Source: a virus. From it: a DNA stretch of 64,000 bases. The notes below the pieces were generated by a model. It saw nothing but the letters and a program-made list of their open reading frames with translations. It had not been told where the DNA came from and did not search any database. The position numbers were made by a program, and so were the translations under genes. Each line of letters opens with the position of its first letter. Within the stretch, counting starts at the first letter, position 1. Below, piece after piece: positions 35,541-45,560 of the stretch. The stretch spans positions 64,001 through 128,000 of the IMG/VR virus record IMGVR_UViG_3300023174_000050; one strand, 5' to 3'.

Positions 35541-38237
35541 ATGGCATTTCAGCTTTCACCTGGGGTTGCAGTAACCGAAGAAGATAGAACAACGATAATT
35601 CCTTCGGTGGCAACTACTTCTGGCGGGTTTGCCGGGGCATTTCAATGGGGACCTGTTGAAGAAGTAACAACCGTAGATACAGAAATTAATTTGGTTAGTT
35701 TGTTTGGAAAACCAAATGATACTACAGCGGGTTATTTCTTTACTGCAGCAAACTTTTTATCATATGGCAATAATTTAAAATTAGTCCGTACTGTGGATGC
35801 AGCAACAGCTAAAAATGCAGTTTCCATTCCATCTGGAAGAGTTGCATCAATTCAAGTTGGTACTCAGGCAAATCTTTATGTAGGTAATGTAGGAGCCCAT
35901 CGTATAGATGTTAGTATTTCTGCACCTCAAATACCTGGCGGAACGCAAGCAGTTGCTAACGTATATCTATCAAGATTTGGCAATGTGCGACAATTAAATT
36001 TACTTACTGCTGGTTATGGATACAACACTGCACCTACTGTTTCTATAAACAATGGAGATTATATTGTACAAGCAACAGCAACTGCGATATTAGGTTCGGG
36101 CGAAGTATCCAATATTTATGTAATAAATGCAGGTAATAATTATACAACTTCATCAAATATAGAAATACAAAATCAATTTTCTACAGGCGCAAGAGCAAAT
36201 CTAAATGTACATTTTAAACTATTAGATCTTTACACTATTGTAAATGGTGGCAATAATTATAGTAGTCTTTCAAATGTTGAATTCTCAGGAAATATTGTTC
36301 CTGGAGGAAATCATGCTCAGGCAAACTTGGTATTGACAGGGAACGTAATAACAGGATTTGTAATTACAAATAGTGGCAATGGTTATATCGGTGCTCCCAA
36401 TGTTATTATTAATAGAAATACTGCAAATGCAAATGCAGGAAACGCAATTGTCACTGCAAATATTGGTTATGGGTATATAAATAGGGTATCCATAATTAAT
36501 CCCGGTTTAGGTGGTTACGCATTTGTACCAAATGTTATTATTAATAGAAATAATACTTTGCCGGTTTTAGATACAACTTCTGCTACATTCCAGGCTCGTA
36601 TTAAAGCAGGTGTTGGTAGTTTAACACTTACAAATCCCGGCGCATCATATCTTGTAGGTGATACACCTATAGTCTTGTTTACTCCAGCAACTGACGATGT
36701 CCAATTTGTTTCAAATACATCAGCAACTGCTAATGTAATTCTTGGATTCCCAATTAACAATGTTGTTGTTGAACAATCTGGTTCTGGATATACTTCAACA
36801 CCAAATGTATTAATTTCTGATAATTTTTCCTCTACACCTGCAACTGCGACATTGCTATTGACACCTCCCTTAATTAAAAATCGAGATAACTATGATACTA
36901 ATTATAGTTCGGGTGGATTCCAATTCGGAGAATTTGCAGCAAAATATCCCGGCGTATTAGGCAACTCAATTAGAGTGTCTATGGCAGATAGTAATACTTT
37001 TGCTACATGGCAATATAGATCTCAATTTGATTCTGCTCCATCAACTTCTTCGTATGTTTCTACTAGAGGCGGTTCTAATGATGAAATACACGTTATAGTT
37101 CTCGATGCAACTGGAGAGTTAACTGGAGTTTTAGGTTCTGTATTAGAAAAATACTCATATTTGTCTAAAGCATCTGACGCAAAGAATACTGATGGTTCTA
37201 CAAATTACTATAAAAATGTAATTAATAATCAATCCAATTATCTTTGGGTAATTGACCATCCGTCGGTTGGCACAGATTGGGGAACTGATTCTAAAAATAA
37301 TACTTTTGTATCATTAAGTTCAAATGTTACTTCCACATTAAGTGGCGGGGCATCTGGAGATAGTATTTCTACAGCAAACGTTTTGTCTGGATATAGTTTA
37401 TTCTCCAATGATGAATTATACGATGTAAGTTTAATCCCAATGGGTCCAACAACAGCAGTTTCTGCAGTTAATACTGTAATAGGTATTGCCGAGTCCAGAA
37501 GAGATGCTGTTGTATTTGCATCGCCCCAATATACAGATGTTGTAAACACTACAGGGCAGGCAGATAAAATTGTTTCATATAGAAATAATTTAACAGCTTC
37601 TTCATACGCAGTTTTAGATTCTGGTTGGAAATATCAATATGATCGTTACAATGATAAGTATAGATATGTTCCTTTAAATGGAGATATTGCTGGGCTTGCT
37701 GCAAGAACAGATTATGTGGCAGATCCTTGGTTCTCTCCTGCAGGATATAATAGAGGTGTAATTAAGAATTTAGTTAAACTTGCATATTCACCTACTAAGA
37801 CAGATAGAGATACTTTATACAAAAATGGTATTAATCCTGTAGTAACATTCCCAGGACAGGGAACTTTACTGTTTGGAGATAAGACATTATTGGCAAGACC
37901 AAGCGCATTTGATCGTATCAATGTTCGTAGATTGTTTATTGTTCTTGAAAAATCTATTGCAACAGCATCCAAATTCCAATTATTTGAATTTAACGATGCC
38001 TTCACGCGAGGACAATTTAAAAATATTGTTGAACCATTCTTGAGAGATGTTCAAGGTCGTCGTGGTATTACAGACTTTAGAGTAATTTGCGATGAAACAA
38101 ATAATACGCCCGGGGTAATAGATCGCAATGAGTTTGTTGCAGATATATACATCAAACCATCGAGAGCTATCAACTTTATTCAGCTAAACTTCATAGCTAC
38201 AAGAAGTGGTATAGCTTTTGAAGAAGTTGGCGCCTAA
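35541..38237 (+). CDS. gp18: Tail sheath protein with a large repeat insertion
   Basis: MAFQLSPGV, FQWGPVEE, FTAANFLSYGN, WFSPAGYNRG, AFDRINVRRLF, FEFNDAFTR; 898 aa. Confidence 0.97.
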   Translation: MAFQLSPGVAVTEEDRTTIIPSVATTSGGFAGAFQWGPVEEVTTVDTEINLVSLFGKPNDTTAGYFFTAANFLSYGNNLKLVRTVDAATAKNAVSIPSGRVASIQVGTQANLYVGNVGAHRIDVSISAPQIPGGTQAVANVYLSRFGNVRQLNLLTAGYGYNTAPTVSINNGDYIVQATATAILGSGEVSNIYVINAGNNYTTSSNIEIQNQFSTGARANLNVHFKLLDLYTIVNGGNNYSSLSNVEFSGNIVPGGNHAQANLVLTGNVITGFVITNSGNGYIGAPNVIINRNTANANAGNAIVTANIGYGYINRVSIINPGLGGYAFVPNVIINRNNTLPVLDTTSATFQARIKAGVGSLTLTNPGASYLVGDTPIVLFTPATDDVQFVSNTSATANVILGFPINNVVVEQSGSGYTSTPNVLISDNFSSTPATATLLLTPPLIKNRDNYDTNYSSGGFQFGEFAAKYPGVLGNSIRVSMADSNTFATWQYRSQFDSAPSTSSYVSTRGGSNDEIHVIVLDATGELTGVLGSVLEKYSYLSKASDAKNTDGSTNYYKNVINNQSNYLWVIDHPSVGTDWGTDSKNNTFVSLSSNVTSTLSGGASGDSISTANVLSGYSLFSNDELYDVSLIPMGPTTAVSAVNTVIGIAESRRDAVVFASPQYTDVVNTTGQADKIVSYRNNLTASSYAVLDSGWKYQYDRYNDKYRYVPLNGDIAGLAARTDYVADPWFSPAGYNRGVIKNLVKLAYSPTKTDRDTLYKNGINPVVTFPGQGTLLFGDKTLLARPSAFDRINVRRLFIVLEKSIATASKFQLFEFNDAFTRGQFKNIVEPFLRDVQGRRGITDFRVICDETNNTPGVIDRNEFVADIYIKPSRAINFIQLNFIATRSGIAFEEVGA

Positions 38238-38250
38238 TAGGAGAAAATAG

Positions 38251-38856
38251 ATGGCAACAGAAACTCAAAAATTTAATATTAATAATTTTAAGGCTGCAAT
38301 AGGTGCGGGCGGGGCCCGCCCTAATCAGTTTGAAGTTACTATAACTTATCCTAGTGTTTTGCCCACCACTGGTAATCCAGGATTGCAGGGATCGTTTTTA
38401 ATTACTACTGCAGAATTACCGGGATCGACACAAGGAGTTACTCCGGTATATTACAGAGGAAGATTAATTAAGTTGGCGGGAGATAAAGAATTTGCTCCAT
38501 TCAACATGACTGTAATAAATGATTCTGCATTTACAATTAGAAAAGCTTTAGAAGATTGGATGGCAGCAATAGAAGGTCGAGGTACTAAATCTGGATTAAC
38601 AGTACCGTCAACTTATATGGGAACTATAACCATTAAGCAGTTGGAACGTAATGGCGGTGTATTACGACAATATAAAATTGTAGACGCATTTCCCGTGGAA
38701 GTAGGTCCAGTACAACTAGACTTTGGCTCCAATGATCAAATATCCACATTTGGTGCAACATTTCAATATCAAACTTTTGAAATACTTAATGAGCCAGCTA
38801 ATATAGTAGCACCTATTTTATCAGACGTGATTAACAACAACAGCATAACTAGATAA
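38251..38856 (+). CDS. gp19: Tail tube protein
   Basis: GGARPNQFEV, YRGRLIKLAGDKEF, IRKALEDW, DAFPVEVGPVQLD..F.YQ. Confidence 0.93.
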   Translation: MATETQKFNINNFKAAIGAGGARPNQFEVTITYPSVLPTTGNPGLQGSFLITTAELPGSTQGVTPVYYRGRLIKLAGDKEFAPFNMTVINDSAFTIRKALEDWMAAIEGRGTKSGLTVPSTYMGTITIKQLERNGGVLRQYKIVDAFPVEVGPVQLDFGSNDQISTFGATFQYQTFEILNEPANIVAPILSDVINNNSITR

Positions 38857-38883
38857 TTAGTTATTATTGAAGAGGTTTAAATT

Positions 38884-40449
38884 ATGGCAGCAGTCAAATT
38901 ATTTGGCTTTACTTTTGGTCGTGATGACGAAGATGATCAACCGATTACTAAGAATAAGCAGGGATTTGCCACACCAATACTAGATGATGGCGCATCTACT
39001 GTTCAGGCAGGTGGTTACTTTGGCACGTATGTTGATTTAGATGCAACTACTAAATCTGAATATGAATTAATTACTCGTTATAGAGAAGCGGCATTATATC
39101 CTGATACCACTTCTGCTATAGATGAAATACTTACTGAGGCAATTGCTGCAGTAGACGATGAACCTGTTGTAAGAATAAATTTGGATATGTTAGATATACC
39201 TGATGATATTAAAGATACTATAGAAAATGAATTTGAGAATATACTTAAACTATTAGATTTTGATAGTAAAGGATATGATATTTTTAGAAGATGGTATGTT
39301 GATGGAAGATTATATTTTCAAAAGATAATTGATACTAAAAATCCAAGAAGAGGAATTTTAGAACTTATACAAATAGATCCTAGAAAAATTAAGAAATTAC
39401 GTGAAGTTAAGAAGGAAAAGGATAAGGAAACAGGCGTTGACCTTATTAAATCCGTAGAAGAATTTTTTGTATATAATGATAAAGGATTAACTTATAATCC
39501 AACATATTCTACTACTGCTCATCAGGGCATTAGAATAAACACAGATGCAATTTGCTTCGTTCCATCTGGTCTATTGGATTATGATAAGAATATAGTAATT
39601 GGTCATTTACACAGGGCAATTAAACCTGTTAACCAATTAAAGATGATGGAAGATGCTTTAGTTATTTACAGAATAGCAAGAGCACCCGAAAGACGAATAT
39701 TTTATATTGATGTTGGCAATTTGCCTAAATTGAAAGCTGAGCAATATCTAAAAGATATTATGGCTCGCTATAGAAATAAAATAGTTTATGATTCTAATAC
39801 TGGCGAAATTAGAGATGATAGAAAAATGATGTCAACTCTAGAAGATTTTTGGTTGCCAAGAAGAGAAGGTGGTCGAGGTACAGAAATTACTACATTACCT
39901 GGCGGTGAAAATTTAGGTCAGATAGAGGATATTAATTATTTTCAGACAAAGTTATATCAAGCATTAAATGTTCCTTTGTCAAGAATGCAACCTCAAACTG
40001 GTATCTCATTTGGTAGGGCGACGGAGATAACTAGAGATGAATTAAAATTTGCTAAGTTTGTTAGTAGATTACGAAAGAAATTTAATGAAATATTTAGTGA
40101 TTTATTAAAAACACAGTTAGTATTAAAAGGTGTTTTAACCGAAAAAGATTGGGATGAGATCTATAGTAAAATACAGTATAGATATACCCAAGATCAGTAT
40201 TTTGAAGAAATGAAAAATGCTGAAAATATGCGAAACAGAATTGATTTGTTAATGCAGATACAACCGTTTGTGGGTGCATACTATAGTCAAGATTATGTTA
40301 TGAAAAATGTATTAAGAATGTCTGAAAAAGAAATTACGGATATGAAGGCTCAAATAGAATCTGAACCTTCACCTCCACAGATAGGAATGCCGGGTATGCC
40401 CCCAGGTCAGTTGCCCCCTGATCAAAATATAAATAATAATGCTCAATAG
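38884..40449 (+). CDS. gp20: Portal protein
   Basis: FRRWYVDGR, IKPVNQLKMMEDALVIYRIARAPERRIFYIDVGNLPK, EDFWLPRREGGRGTEITTLPGG. Confidence 0.98.
   Translation: MAAVKLFGFTFGRDDEDDQPITKNKQGFATPILDDGASTVQAGGYFGTYVDLDATTKSEYELITRYREAALYPDTTSAIDEILTEAIAAVDDEPVVRINLDMLDIPDDIKDTIENEFENILKLLDFDSKGYDIFRRWYVDGRLYFQKIIDTKNPRRGILELIQIDPRKIKKLREVKKEKDKETGVDLIKSVEEFFVYNDKGLTYNPTYSTTAHQGIRINTDAICFVPSGLLDYDKNIVIGHLHRAIKPVNQLKMMEDALVIYRIARAPERRIFYIDVGNLPKLKAEQYLKDIMARYRNKIVYDSNTGEIRDDRKMMSTLEDFWLPRREGGRGTEITTLPGGENLGQIEDINYFQTKLYQALNVPLSRMQPQTGISFGRATEITRDELKFAKFVSRLRKKFNEIFSDLLKTQLVLKGVLTEKDWDEIYSKIQYRYTQDQYFEEMKNAENMRNRIDLLMQIQPFVGAYYSQDYVMKNVLRMSEKEITDMKAQIESEPSPPQIGMPGMPPGQLPPDQNINNNAQ
40428..40435 (+). 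promoter_or_regulatory. T4-type late promoter in the 3' end of gp20
   Basis: TATAAATA 19 nt before the ATG at 40455. Confidence 0.65.
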
Positions 40450-40454
40450 GAGAA

Positions 40455-40628
40455 ATGATGGAATCAACAGTTATACACCATATGGTAGATAGTATTATCA
40501 ATAATCAACAGAATGATGCTTTGGCAACATTTAATGAGATTATGGCAAATAAAATAACTGATGCTTTAGATGCAAAGAAAACAGAAATAGCTTCAACAAT
40601 AGGCAGAGAAGAACATGAAGAAATTTAA
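40455..40628 (+). CDS. Small prohead core protein (gp67-like)
   Basis: Manual translation MMESTVIHHMVDSIINNQQNDALATFNEIMANKITDALDAKKTEIASTIGREEHEEI*; AGGAG RBS; position after the portal. Not in the ORF track. Confidence 0.7.
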   Translation: MMESTVIHHMVDSIINNQQNDALATFNEIMANKITDALDAKKTEIASTIGREEHEEI

Positions 40629-41211
40629 AGAACTCAGAGAGAGTTATTTAGAAGAAAAGCTAAAGGCATCCGATCCTGCAGGAACATACATACACGATTT
40701 TGTACATTCCGACAATCCTAAATTTGCAGGTAAATCAAAAGTTAAACGCATTCAAATGGCGCTTGCTGCATCTTATGCTGCCAAAGGCAAATCAAGAAAT
40801 GAAGAAGTTGATGAAGCAGCAAATGCTGCACAACAGGCTGCTATTGCCATTGCCATGAAAAAAGCTGGTAAGAAACCAAAAAATGAAGAAGTTGAAAATG
40901 TGGAAGAAGGCATGATGGCCACAGCTAAGAAGGTTGTTAAAACTGTTGGCAAAGCTCTTACTGGTGGTTCAGATACAGATCAATTAAAGAATTTGCAAAA
41001 GAAAATGGGTATGCCCCAAACAGGCAAGAAACCTCAAATGAAGGAAGACTTAGAAATTTTAGATGAAGAGAAACCTGGACTATATGCAAATATTCACGCA
41101 AAACAAAGACGTATTGCTGCAGGTAGCGGAGAACATATGAGAAAACCTGGTAGCAAAGGTGCACCCACTGCAAGCGCATTCAAAGATGCAGCAAAGACAG
41201 CAAAGAAATAA
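40615..41211 (+). CDS. Prohead core / internal head protein (gp68-position)
   Basis: MKKFKELRE start typical of T4-like core proteins; Lys/Ala-rich modules separated by EE motifs. Confidence 0.6.
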   Translation: MKKFKELRESYLEEKLKASDPAGTYIHDFVHSDNPKFAGKSKVKRIQMALAASYAAKGKSRNEEVDEAANAAQQAAIAIAMKKAGKKPKNEEVENVEEGMMATAKKVVKTVGKALTGGSDTDQLKNLQKKMGMPQTGKKPQMKEDLEILDEEKPGLYANIHAKQRRIAAGSGEHMRKPGSKGAPTASAFKDAAKTAKK

Positions 41212-41220
41212 GAGACCAAC

Positions 41221-41652
41221 ATGGCAGCAACACAGTCAATATTACAAAACGTAAGACAACAAACTGTTGTTAAAGTTATTTCGGATGGTTCACCTGGACA
41301 ATCTAATGTTAATTTATTAGACTTAAAACGACCAGATGAAACATTTTTAGGTTATCCATTGTGCAATGTTAATATACAAACAGTAATATTTTCTTCATCT
41401 GATTCCTCATCGTCACCGATTGTTATTTCGAGAGGTATATCTGCATACAGTGCATCAAATGTAATGTATTTACATGGTTCGGGTAGTATGAATTTTGCGC
41501 AAGAAACAGGATTTCATGATAAAACATTAAATGCATCTAATGTAACGGTTAATATGCCTGCATTGTCAGTATTGTATCTTATTTTAGGAAAATCATCAGG
41601 ATATTTAGAACCAGATTTCCAGGGCAATATATTCGTACAAAGGATGAATTAA
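41221..41652 (+). CDS. Hypothetical head-cluster protein
   Basis: 143-aa ORF between the core genes and gp21. Confidence 0.55.
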   Translation: MAATQSILQNVRQQTVVKVISDGSPGQSNVNLLDLKRPDETFLGYPLCNVNIQTVIFSSSDSSSSPIVISRGISAYSASNVMYLHGSGSMNFAQETGFHDKTLNASNVTVNMPALSVLYLILGKSSGYLEPDFQGNIFVQRMN

Positions 41653-41653
41653 T

Positions 41654-42304
41654 ATGAGATTAATAAAAGAAGTAGCACAGGATATAAATTACCTTGTAGA
41701 AGCAAAGGAAGGCGGTGGTAAAAATATTTTTATTGAAGGCATATTTGCTCAATCTGATACTGCAAACAAAAACAATCGTTCGTATGGTAAAAGCATCATG
41801 GAGCGGGAAGTTAATAAGTATCAAGATCTAATAGGACAAAAACGCTCATTAGGTGAGCTTGGTCACCCGGAGAATCCTTCTATCAACCTACATCAGGTTT
41901 CCCACCTAATCACAAATCTTCGTATGGAAGGTAAAGATGTTTATGGTAAAGCAAAAATACTAGAAACCCCTATGGGTAATATTGCAAGAAATTTAATAGA
42001 AAATGAAATTCGTTTGGGCGTATCGACCAGAGGTCTAGGATCGTTAAAAATGAATTCAAATGGAATTAACGAAGTGCAAGATGACTTTCATTTGGCTACC
42101 GTTGATATTGTTGCTGACCCATCCGCCCCGGATGCCTTTGTGCAAGGTATTATGGAATCGGCGGAGTGGATATTAGAGAATGGTATGTGGAAAGCAATAC
42201 AGGTTGAAACTGCACAGAAACAAATTCGCAAAACTTCTGCTAAAAACTTAGACGAAGTTAAGTTAAAAATATTTGAACAATTTGTTAATCAATTGTCTAG
42301 ATAA
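41654..42304 (+). CDS. gp21: Prohead protease
   Basis: FIEGIFAQ..NKNNRSY, GELGHP, GVSTRGLGS, DIVADPSAPDAFV.GIME. Confidence 0.97.
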   Translation: MRLIKEVAQDINYLVEAKEGGGKNIFIEGIFAQSDTANKNNRSYGKSIMEREVNKYQDLIGQKRSLGELGHPENPSINLHQVSHLITNLRMEGKDVYGKAKILETPMGNIARNLIENEIRLGVSTRGLGSLKMNSNGINEVQDDFHLATVDIVADPSAPDAFVQGIMESAEWILENGMWKAIQVETAQKQIRKTSAKNLDEVKLKIFEQFVNQLSR

Positions 42305-42311
42305 CTAAACT

Positions 42312-42319
42312 TATAAATA
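42312..42319 (+). promoter_or_regulatory. T4-type late promoter for gp22
   Basis: TATAAATA upstream of the AGGAG RBS. Confidence 0.85.
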
Positions 42320-42352
42320 TCAATTGAGAACATTCATTTAGGAGACACTATA

Positions 42353-43534
42353 ATGTCAGTAGAAAGTAAAGTTAAGGAATTGCTAGAACGCGTAACTGCA
42401 AAGGCCTCTTCTTTAGATGAGGCCATGGATCAACCAAAACAAGGCGATTCAAAAGAATCATCTGGCGCTGGTCCAATGGTTCCAACTAAGGCTAAAGATT
42501 CCACAATTAAAGCTGCCAACTCTGGCGATAGTAGTCAGCCAAGACAAGGCGATTCAGAAGATGCTAGCTTTGATACACGTCAACAAAATGACGTTAATCA
42601 AGGAGCAATCACGGCCAAGGGTATATCTAAAAATGATATTCATATGAAAGGCCCTGTAGGTGCGGCACCTAATTTCACAACAACTAAAGATCTAAGTCAG
42701 ATTCCTCACAATACAGGTGTTGTATTCCAAGAAGAAGCTGAAGAAGACGAGAATCTAGAAGTTGTTGCTGAAGAAGAAATCGAAGACGAAACAACAGAAA
42801 CAGTTGTTGAACCTATTGATCTATCACCTATATTTGGTGAAGATTTATCTGAAGATTTTAGAGGTAAAGCTACTGCTATTTTTGAAGCAGCAGTTATTGC
42901 CCGTGTAAATAACGAAATGGAAAAAGTTTCTGTAGCATTGGAAGAAAAATATGCTGAGGAATTTGTAGGATATAAAGAAAGCATTGTAGAAAAGATTGAT
43001 GCTTATCTCAATTATGTGGTTGAGAATTATTTGGAAGAAAATAAATTGGCTGTCGAAAATGGTCTTCGCTCAGAAATTGCTGAAGACTTTATGTCAGGTT
43101 TAAAAGCTCTATTCAAGGAACACTACATTGATGTGCCTGAAGAAAAATATGATGTAGTAGGTGAATTACAAACTAAAGTATCAGAGTTAGAAGACGGTTT
43201 AAATACTCAGTTGGAAAACAATATTAGTTTAAATACTGAAGTAACAGATCTAAGAAAACGCCTTATTATTAAGGAAATGTCTAAAGATCTAGCGGATACT
43301 GAAGCTAACAAATTAGCAAAACTTCTAGAAGGTGTAGAATTCGATAGTACAGATCTTTATAAAGAAAAAGTATCTGTTATTAAAGAAAATTACTTTCCTC
43401 GCAACGCTGTAGTATCAAAAGAAAAAGCAAAGCAGGCTCTAGTAGAAGAGGTATCACCGACTGAAACTTATTCAGGCAATGATGTTGTTTCATCTTATGC
43501 ACAGGCATTATCGAGAACAATCAAAAGACAATAA
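42353..43534 (+). CDS. gp22: Prohead scaffolding protein
   Basis: LSEDFRGKATAIFEAAV, IDAYLNYVVE..ENKLAVENGLRSEIAEDF..LFKEHYIDVPEEK. Confidence 0.95.
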   Translation: MSVESKVKELLERVTAKASSLDEAMDQPKQGDSKESSGAGPMVPTKAKDSTIKAANSGDSSQPRQGDSEDASFDTRQQNDVNQGAITAKGISKNDIHMKGPVGAAPNFTTTKDLSQIPHNTGVVFQEEAEEDENLEVVAEEEIEDETTETVVEPIDLSPIFGEDLSEDFRGKATAIFEAAVIARVNNEMEKVSVALEEKYAEEFVGYKESIVEKIDAYLNYVVENYLEENKLAVENGLRSEIAEDFMSGLKALFKEHYIDVPEEKYDVVGELQTKVSELEDGLNTQLENNISLNTEVTDLRKRLIIKEMSKDLADTEANKLAKLLEGVEFDSTDLYKEKVSVIKENYFPRNAVVSKEKAKQALVEEVSPTETYSGNDVVSSYAQALSRTIKRQ

Positions 43535-43536
43535 CT

Positions 43537-43544
43537 TATAAATA
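43537..43544 (+). promoter_or_regulatory. T4-type late promoter for gp23
   Basis: TATAAATA upstream of the AAGGAG RBS. Confidence 0.85.
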
Positions 43545-43584
43545 CTTATAAGTTATTCAAATAGTTAACACAAGGAGAAACTAA

Positions 43585-44862
43585 ATGTTTTTATCAGAAA
43601 ATATCCAAAAGAAATGGGAAGCAATTCTTGACCACCCAGATCTTCCACAAATCAAAGACAACTATAAGCGTCAAGTTACAGCTGTATTGTTAGAGAATCA
43701 AGAAAAATCTTTACGTGAAGAACGTCAAGCATTGTTCGAGACTCCAGCAAACAACATTATGGCTACAAGCGGTATCGACAAGTATGACCCAATTCTTATT
43801 GGTCTAGTACGTCGTGCTATGCCTAACCTAATGGCATATGACATTTGCGGTGTTCAACCAATGACAGGACCAACAGGCTTGATTTTTGCAATGAAATCAA
43901 ACTACGGTTCAGACAGAACTCTTGCAGGTCGTACAGAAGCATTATACAATGAAGCAAATACTTCATTCTCAAGCTCAGGCCAAGACGCAACAGGTAACAA
44001 CCCAGTATTTGGTACATACAACACTGGCAATGCTACAATGACAGCTTCAATGGAAGCTCAAAGCGACTTTGCAGAAATGTCCTTCTCTATCGACAAGACA
44101 ACAGTTACTGCTAAGTCAAGAGCATTGAAAGCAGAATATACTGTTGAATTAGCACAGGATTTGAAAGCAATTCATGGTCTTGACGCAGAAGCAGAATTGT
44201 CCAACATTCTATCACAAGAATTCATGTTTGAAATCAATCGTGAAGTTGTTAGAACAATTTATAAAGTTGCAAAAGCAGGTTCACCAGCAACAGCAACAGC
44301 AGGTACATTTGACCTAGACGTTGACTCCAATGGTCGTTGGTCTGTAGAACGCTTCAAGGGTCTTCTATTCAATATCGAACGCGATGCTAATCACATTGCA
44401 CAAGATACTCGTAGAGGCAAAGGTAACTTCATCGTTTGCTCTGCAGACGTTGCAAGTGCATTAGCTATGTCTGGTGTTCTAGACTATACTCCAGCTCTTT
44501 CTACAAACTTAAATGTGGACGACACAGGCAATACATTCGCAGGTGTTCTAAATGGTCGCTTCCGTGTTTATATTGATCCATATTCTGCAAACCTAGGAGC
44601 TGCTAATCAGTTCTACATGGTTGGTTATAAGGGTTCTAGCCCATATGACGCAGGTATGTTCTATTGCCCATATGTTCCTCTACAAATGGTTCGCGCAATC
44701 GATCCTAACAGCTTCCAGCCAAAGATTGGCTTTAAGACACGTTACGGTTTGATTGCTAACCCATATGTAACAGGTAGCAACGGTTATACACCAGATGCAG
44801 ATTCATTCACAGCATCACGTAACCAATACTATCGTAAGACTAAGGTTATTAACCTAATGTAA
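43585..44862 (+). CDS. gp23: Major capsid protein
   Basis: GVQPMTGPTGLIFAM, KSRALKAEYTVELAQDLKAIHGLDAEAEL, YCPYVPLQM, FQPKIGFKTRYG. Confidence 0.98.
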   Translation: MFLSENIQKKWEAILDHPDLPQIKDNYKRQVTAVLLENQEKSLREERQALFETPANNIMATSGIDKYDPILIGLVRRAMPNLMAYDICGVQPMTGPTGLIFAMKSNYGSDRTLAGRTEALYNEANTSFSSSGQDATGNNPVFGTYNTGNATMTASMEAQSDFAEMSFSIDKTTVTAKSRALKAEYTVELAQDLKAIHGLDAEAELSNILSQEFMFEINREVVRTIYKVAKAGSPATATAGTFDLDVDSNGRWSVERFKGLLFNIERDANHIAQDTRRGKGNFIVCSADVASALAMSGVLDYTPALSTNLNVDDTGNTFAGVLNGRFRVYIDPYSANLGAANQFYMVGYKGSSPYDAGMFYCPYVPLQMVRAIDPNSFQPKIGFKTRYGLIANPYVTGSNGYTPDADSFTASRNQYYRKTKVINLM

Positions 44863-44887
44863 TCAACCGACAATAAGATCGGACTTT

Positions 44888-44913
44888 AAGGGGGAAGAAA
44901 TTCCCCCTTTTTT
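44888..44913 (+). terminator. Rho-independent terminator after gp23
   Basis: AAGGGGGAA-gaaa-TTCCCCCTT followed by a T run. Confidence 0.9.
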
Positions 44914-44927
44914 GTCTTTGCACAGGC

Positions 44928-44935
44928 TATAAATA
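44928..44935 (+). promoter_or_regulatory. T4-type late promoter for gp3
   Basis: TATAAATA 20 nt before the ATG at 44956. Confidence 0.8.
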
Positions 44936-44955
44936 TATAAGAGAAAGGGAACATT

Positions 44956-45543
44956 ATGGCATATACGGCAAACATCAATACTATACAAAACAATTTTTAT
45001 AATTCGTTACCTAAAACGTATGACTATCTAAGACCTAACGCATTTAGGTTTAGTATAAAAGATATGCCCAATGTTTCCTTTACTTGTCAATCCGCAAATA
45101 TTCCTGATTTACAATTAGGATATGCAGTTCAACCTACTCCCTTTGTGGACATTCCCACTATTGGTGACAAATTAAACTTTGGAGAATTAAGTCTTAGATT
45201 TTTAATTTCCGAAGATATGTCAAATTATATGGAAATGTATAGATGGTTGGTGGCTCTAGGATTCCCTAAAGACTATAACCAATTCTCAACATTCACAAAA
45301 AGTAGGCCGAGTAGGTTTCCATTTGTCACACGAACCGATGGAAAAGAAGAAATTTTGGCATACTCGGATGCAACTTTAACGATTTTAGACTCGACAAATA
45401 CAGCTAAAGTAAATATAATATTTAAAAATCTGTTCCCTATATCATTGCAAGCTCTTGATTTTGATATAGCGTCAGCCAGTGTAGAATATTTCACAGCGAT
45501 CGCATCGTTCAAATATACTATTTTCGAAGTAGAACCCTTATAA
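44956..45543 (+). CDS. gp3: Tail completion / sheath stabiliser
   Basis: YLRPNAFRF..PNVSFTCQSANIP..GDKLNFGEL..FLISEDMSNY..W; SDATLTIL; LFPISL. Confidence 0.88.
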   Translation: MAYTANINTIQNNFYNSLPKTYDYLRPNAFRFSIKDMPNVSFTCQSANIPDLQLGYAVQPTPFVDIPTIGDKLNFGELSLRFLISEDMSNYMEMYRWLVALGFPKDYNQFSTFTKSRPSRFPFVTRTDGKEEILAYSDATLTILDSTNTAKVNIIFKNLFPISLQALDFDIASASVEYFTAIASFKYTIFEVEPL

Positions 45544-45560
45544 TATAACTTGGAGTTATT

